A stretch of DNA of 59,300 nt, the filler included. It is 7 parts of 7 records of this genome, joined end to end, with 100 filler letters (N's around TTAATTAATTAA, not from the genome) between each part and the next. Parts side by side here need not be neighbours in the genome. Positions count along the whole stretch, not along the records: positions 42,042 to 59,300 come from SRR31147125_21404; 6 more parts are not named here. One strand, given 5' to 3'. The position numbers and the translations under genes were made by a program. Shown here one piece after another: positions 57,455 to 59,300 of this stretch (its first letter is position 1; each line of letters starts with the position of its first letter). The notes beneath the pieces were generated by a model. That model had not been told where the DNA came from. It was given only the letters and a program-made list of their open reading frames with translations, and did not search any database.

Positions 57455-59300
57455 ATGAAACGATTTTTAATTGGTGTAATCGTATTCGCGTTATTTTGTT
57501 CACAATTTGCCTGTCAAAAAAAGAGTCCGGTATATGATGCGAGCAAGATAGCGGACAAAACATTCTTTCGGGATTGGTTGGTTTGCGGTCCATTTCCGAA
57601 TTGTCCGGATTGTATACCTGAGGATTTTAAGCATGATGAACGTTGTCGTGGATATTTCACAGACTATTTAGAATCCATTGGTGGTGAAAAAAATGCCGTT
57701 CCACAATCCGGAACCATTGTGGACATTGCAGATATTGACATAAAAAACAAATGGTTCCATTATAAAAGTGAAACGGACAAGGTTGAGCTGAATGATCTAT
57801 TTACACCCAACGACATGGTTATCGCATATGCATTCTGTCAAATTACCAGTCCGGTTGAGCAGAAAACGATCCTTTCCGTGGGTAGTAATGATGCTGTACA
57901 GGTATTTTTAAATGGAGAAAAAGTCCATGATCACCACATTGGACGGTGGATCCAGGCTGACAATGATTTTGTTCCTGTTACGTTAAAACAAGGGCTAAAC
58001 AACCTTTTACTTAAAATCGGTGAAGGAACCGGCAACTTTGGTTTTATTGTTCGTCTGTTGGATTATGATTCAACTCTGACGGCTATACGTGATAATTTAG
58101 ATAAATACCAAGCTCTGACCCTTGTTGCAGAGGATGATACCCTGGTTGCCCAATTTGGCACACCTTACAAAATTGGTACCTTAAGCCCGGGAACAGAAAC
58201 AACCATCGAGATCCTGCATAAAAAATACGGTAAAATAAACGAACAAAAAGCATTGCCTGGAACAAAACTAAAATTTTCACTCGCTGATATTCCCAATGGA
58301 TTCCTTTCCGCCCGTGCCAGTTTTCCGACACCTTCTGATGGCGTCATCACTTCTGAGAAAAGACATTTTAAAGGAAAATTAAAACGTCACGCATTTCCGG
58401 CACGGCTTGATAGAAAATCATTAGCCCCGACTATCGATGGAAAACCGTTTTTTCCAATAGGAACGTATGGTGCGCCACCGGAAGATTATGCAAAACTCAA
58501 AAAAGCAGGATATAACTTTGTTGTTGCCAGCGTAAACAATCTGGACAAAGTTCATCAGGCAGGGTTAAAAGCCGCTGTACATGTTCATGGCGTAAAACCA
58601 CATTGGTTTTCAGCCGTGCGGGATACCATTACGAAATACAAAAACCATCCGGCAATCCTTTGCTGGATGCTTTATGACGAACCTGCCTACAATAAAGCGG
58701 ATCTCCTGGACATCTATAAACTTTATAATACGGCTTACCAGGCCGATTCAGTTCATCCGTCTTATCTTGTCGTCACAACACCAACAGCTTATACAACATT
58801 TGGTCGATGTTGTGATATTCTCTCTGTAGATACCTATCCAATAGCCTCCGGTATTATTACCGCAGTTGGAGATAATATTGCCAAAGCCTATCGTGATTCT
58901 GATGGCGATGTGCCGGTCTGGCATTGTGGCCAAATGTTCAAATGGCCGGCGCAAAGAAGACCTAATCCGCAGGAACATCGTTTCATGACCTACATCTCTC
59001 TCATTGAAGGTGTCAAAGGTATGCTATGGTACACCTATAAAGGATATGGACAATACATGCCTACAGACGATCCGGAATTATGGGAAGAACATAAAAAAAT
59101 ATTAGCAGAATTGAACGATTTGGCTCCGCTCTATCTGGAACAAGGATTAGGAGATAAAAAAGCGCTCACAAACAAAGATCTGCCAATTCGAACCATGTTA
59201 AAAAAGTGCTCACTCGGCACATTTGTAATCGCAGCAAACACCTCGAAAACAGAAACCATTACACCTGAATTTAACGTAAAAATGGCTTTAAACAGTCAGG
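57455..59300 (+). CDS. lipoprotein with beta-sandwich module and clan GH-A-like TIM barrel, 3'-truncated (not in the ORF track)
   Basis: AAGGAG RBS; manual translation MKRFLIGVIVFALFCSQFAC (lipobox-like), WLVCGPFPN, IDGKPFFPIGTY, KNHPAILCWMLYDEP, DILSVDTYP, GVKGMLWY; no stop before the window end. Confidence 0.8.
   Translation, partial: MKRFLIGVIVFALFCSQFACQKKSPVYDASKIADKTFFRDWLVCGPFPNCPDCIPEDFKHDERCRGYFTDYLESIGGEKNAVPQSGTIVDIADIDIKNKWFHYKSETDKVELNDLFTPNDMVIAYAFCQITSPVEQKTILSVGSNDAVQVFLNGEKVHDHHIGRWIQADNDFVPVTLKQGLNNLLLKIGEGTGNFGFIVRLLDYDSTLTAIRDNLDKYQALTLVAEDDTLVAQFGTPYKIGTLSPGTETTIEILHKKYGKINEQKALPGTKLKFSLADIPNGFLSARASFPTPSDGVITSEKRHFKGKLKRHAFPARLDRKSLAPTIDGKPFFPIGTYGAPPEDYAKLKKAGYNFVVASVNNLDKVHQAGLKAAVHVHGVKPHWFSAVRDTITKYKNHPAILCWMLYDEPAYNKADLLDIYKLYNTAYQADSVHPSYLVVTTPTAYTTFGRCCDILSVDTYPIASGIITAVGDNIAKAYRDSDGDVPVWHCGQMFKWPAQRRPNPQEHRFMTYISLIEGVKGMLWYTYKGYGQYMPTDDPELWEEHKKILAELNDLAPLYLEQGLGDKKALTNKDLPIRTMLKKCSLGTFVIAANTSKTETITPEFNVKMALNSQ

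Noticed and set aside
1..59300. rRNA, tRNA, CRISPR arrays, transposases, prophage or multi-gene defence systems
   Set aside because: None recognised by eye apart from the TA pair; covariance-model searches were not run, so small RNAs could be missed.

Overview
This window is not one continuous locus. It contains seven contigs (1-8469, 8570-16935, 17036-22830, 22931-28268, 28369-35409, 35510-41941, 42042-59300) joined by identical 100-nt N spacers with a central TTAATTAATTAA linker, so gene neighbourhoods mean something only within a contig. Contigs 2-5 look like Bacteroidota (T9SS genes, TAnnTTTG promoters, short AtpC, ftsE-TPR-barrel synteny). Contigs 1, 6 and 7 use AGGAG-type RBSs, and 1 and 7 have TTGA-type -35 boxes, so they probably come from another lineage (KSB1/Calditrichota-like is my inference). 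Contents: (1) GIY-YIG nuclease, M61 and M14 peptidases, a STAS protein and a secreted Fn3 protein; (2) an atypical glycyl radical enzyme with a compact activase, ftsE, a TPR protein and an outer-membrane barrel; (3) atpC, a RelE/ParE toxin-antitoxin pair, GT9 and a START-DUF2062-SDR-epimerase-LytS operon; (4) an (alpha/alpha)6 glycosidase and a PorP/SprF plus type-B CTD protein pair; (5) a PorE-like OmpA protein, sulfotransferase, ArnT-like GT, Crp/Fnr, nadE and a porin; (6) UDG with a Cys-containing tail, an aminotransferase, a MamS-like protein, triple FeoA, a NifX-family protein and a ferredoxin; (7) a LacI-controlled glycan locus with two different GH38 enzymes, a Tat-exported Gfo/Idh/MocA oxidoreductase, a tandem DUF1080 protein, an FG-GAP propeller and a clan GH-A lipoprotein. 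Six genes are split by frameshifts at short homopolymers, most likely sequencing errors. The best novelty candidates are the GRE/activase pair, the GH38 plus keto-glycoside locus, the START-domain lipid operon and the metal/Fe-S cluster in contig 6. I recognised no rRNA, tRNA or CRISPR array. All family calls come from motif recognition; no database search was run.
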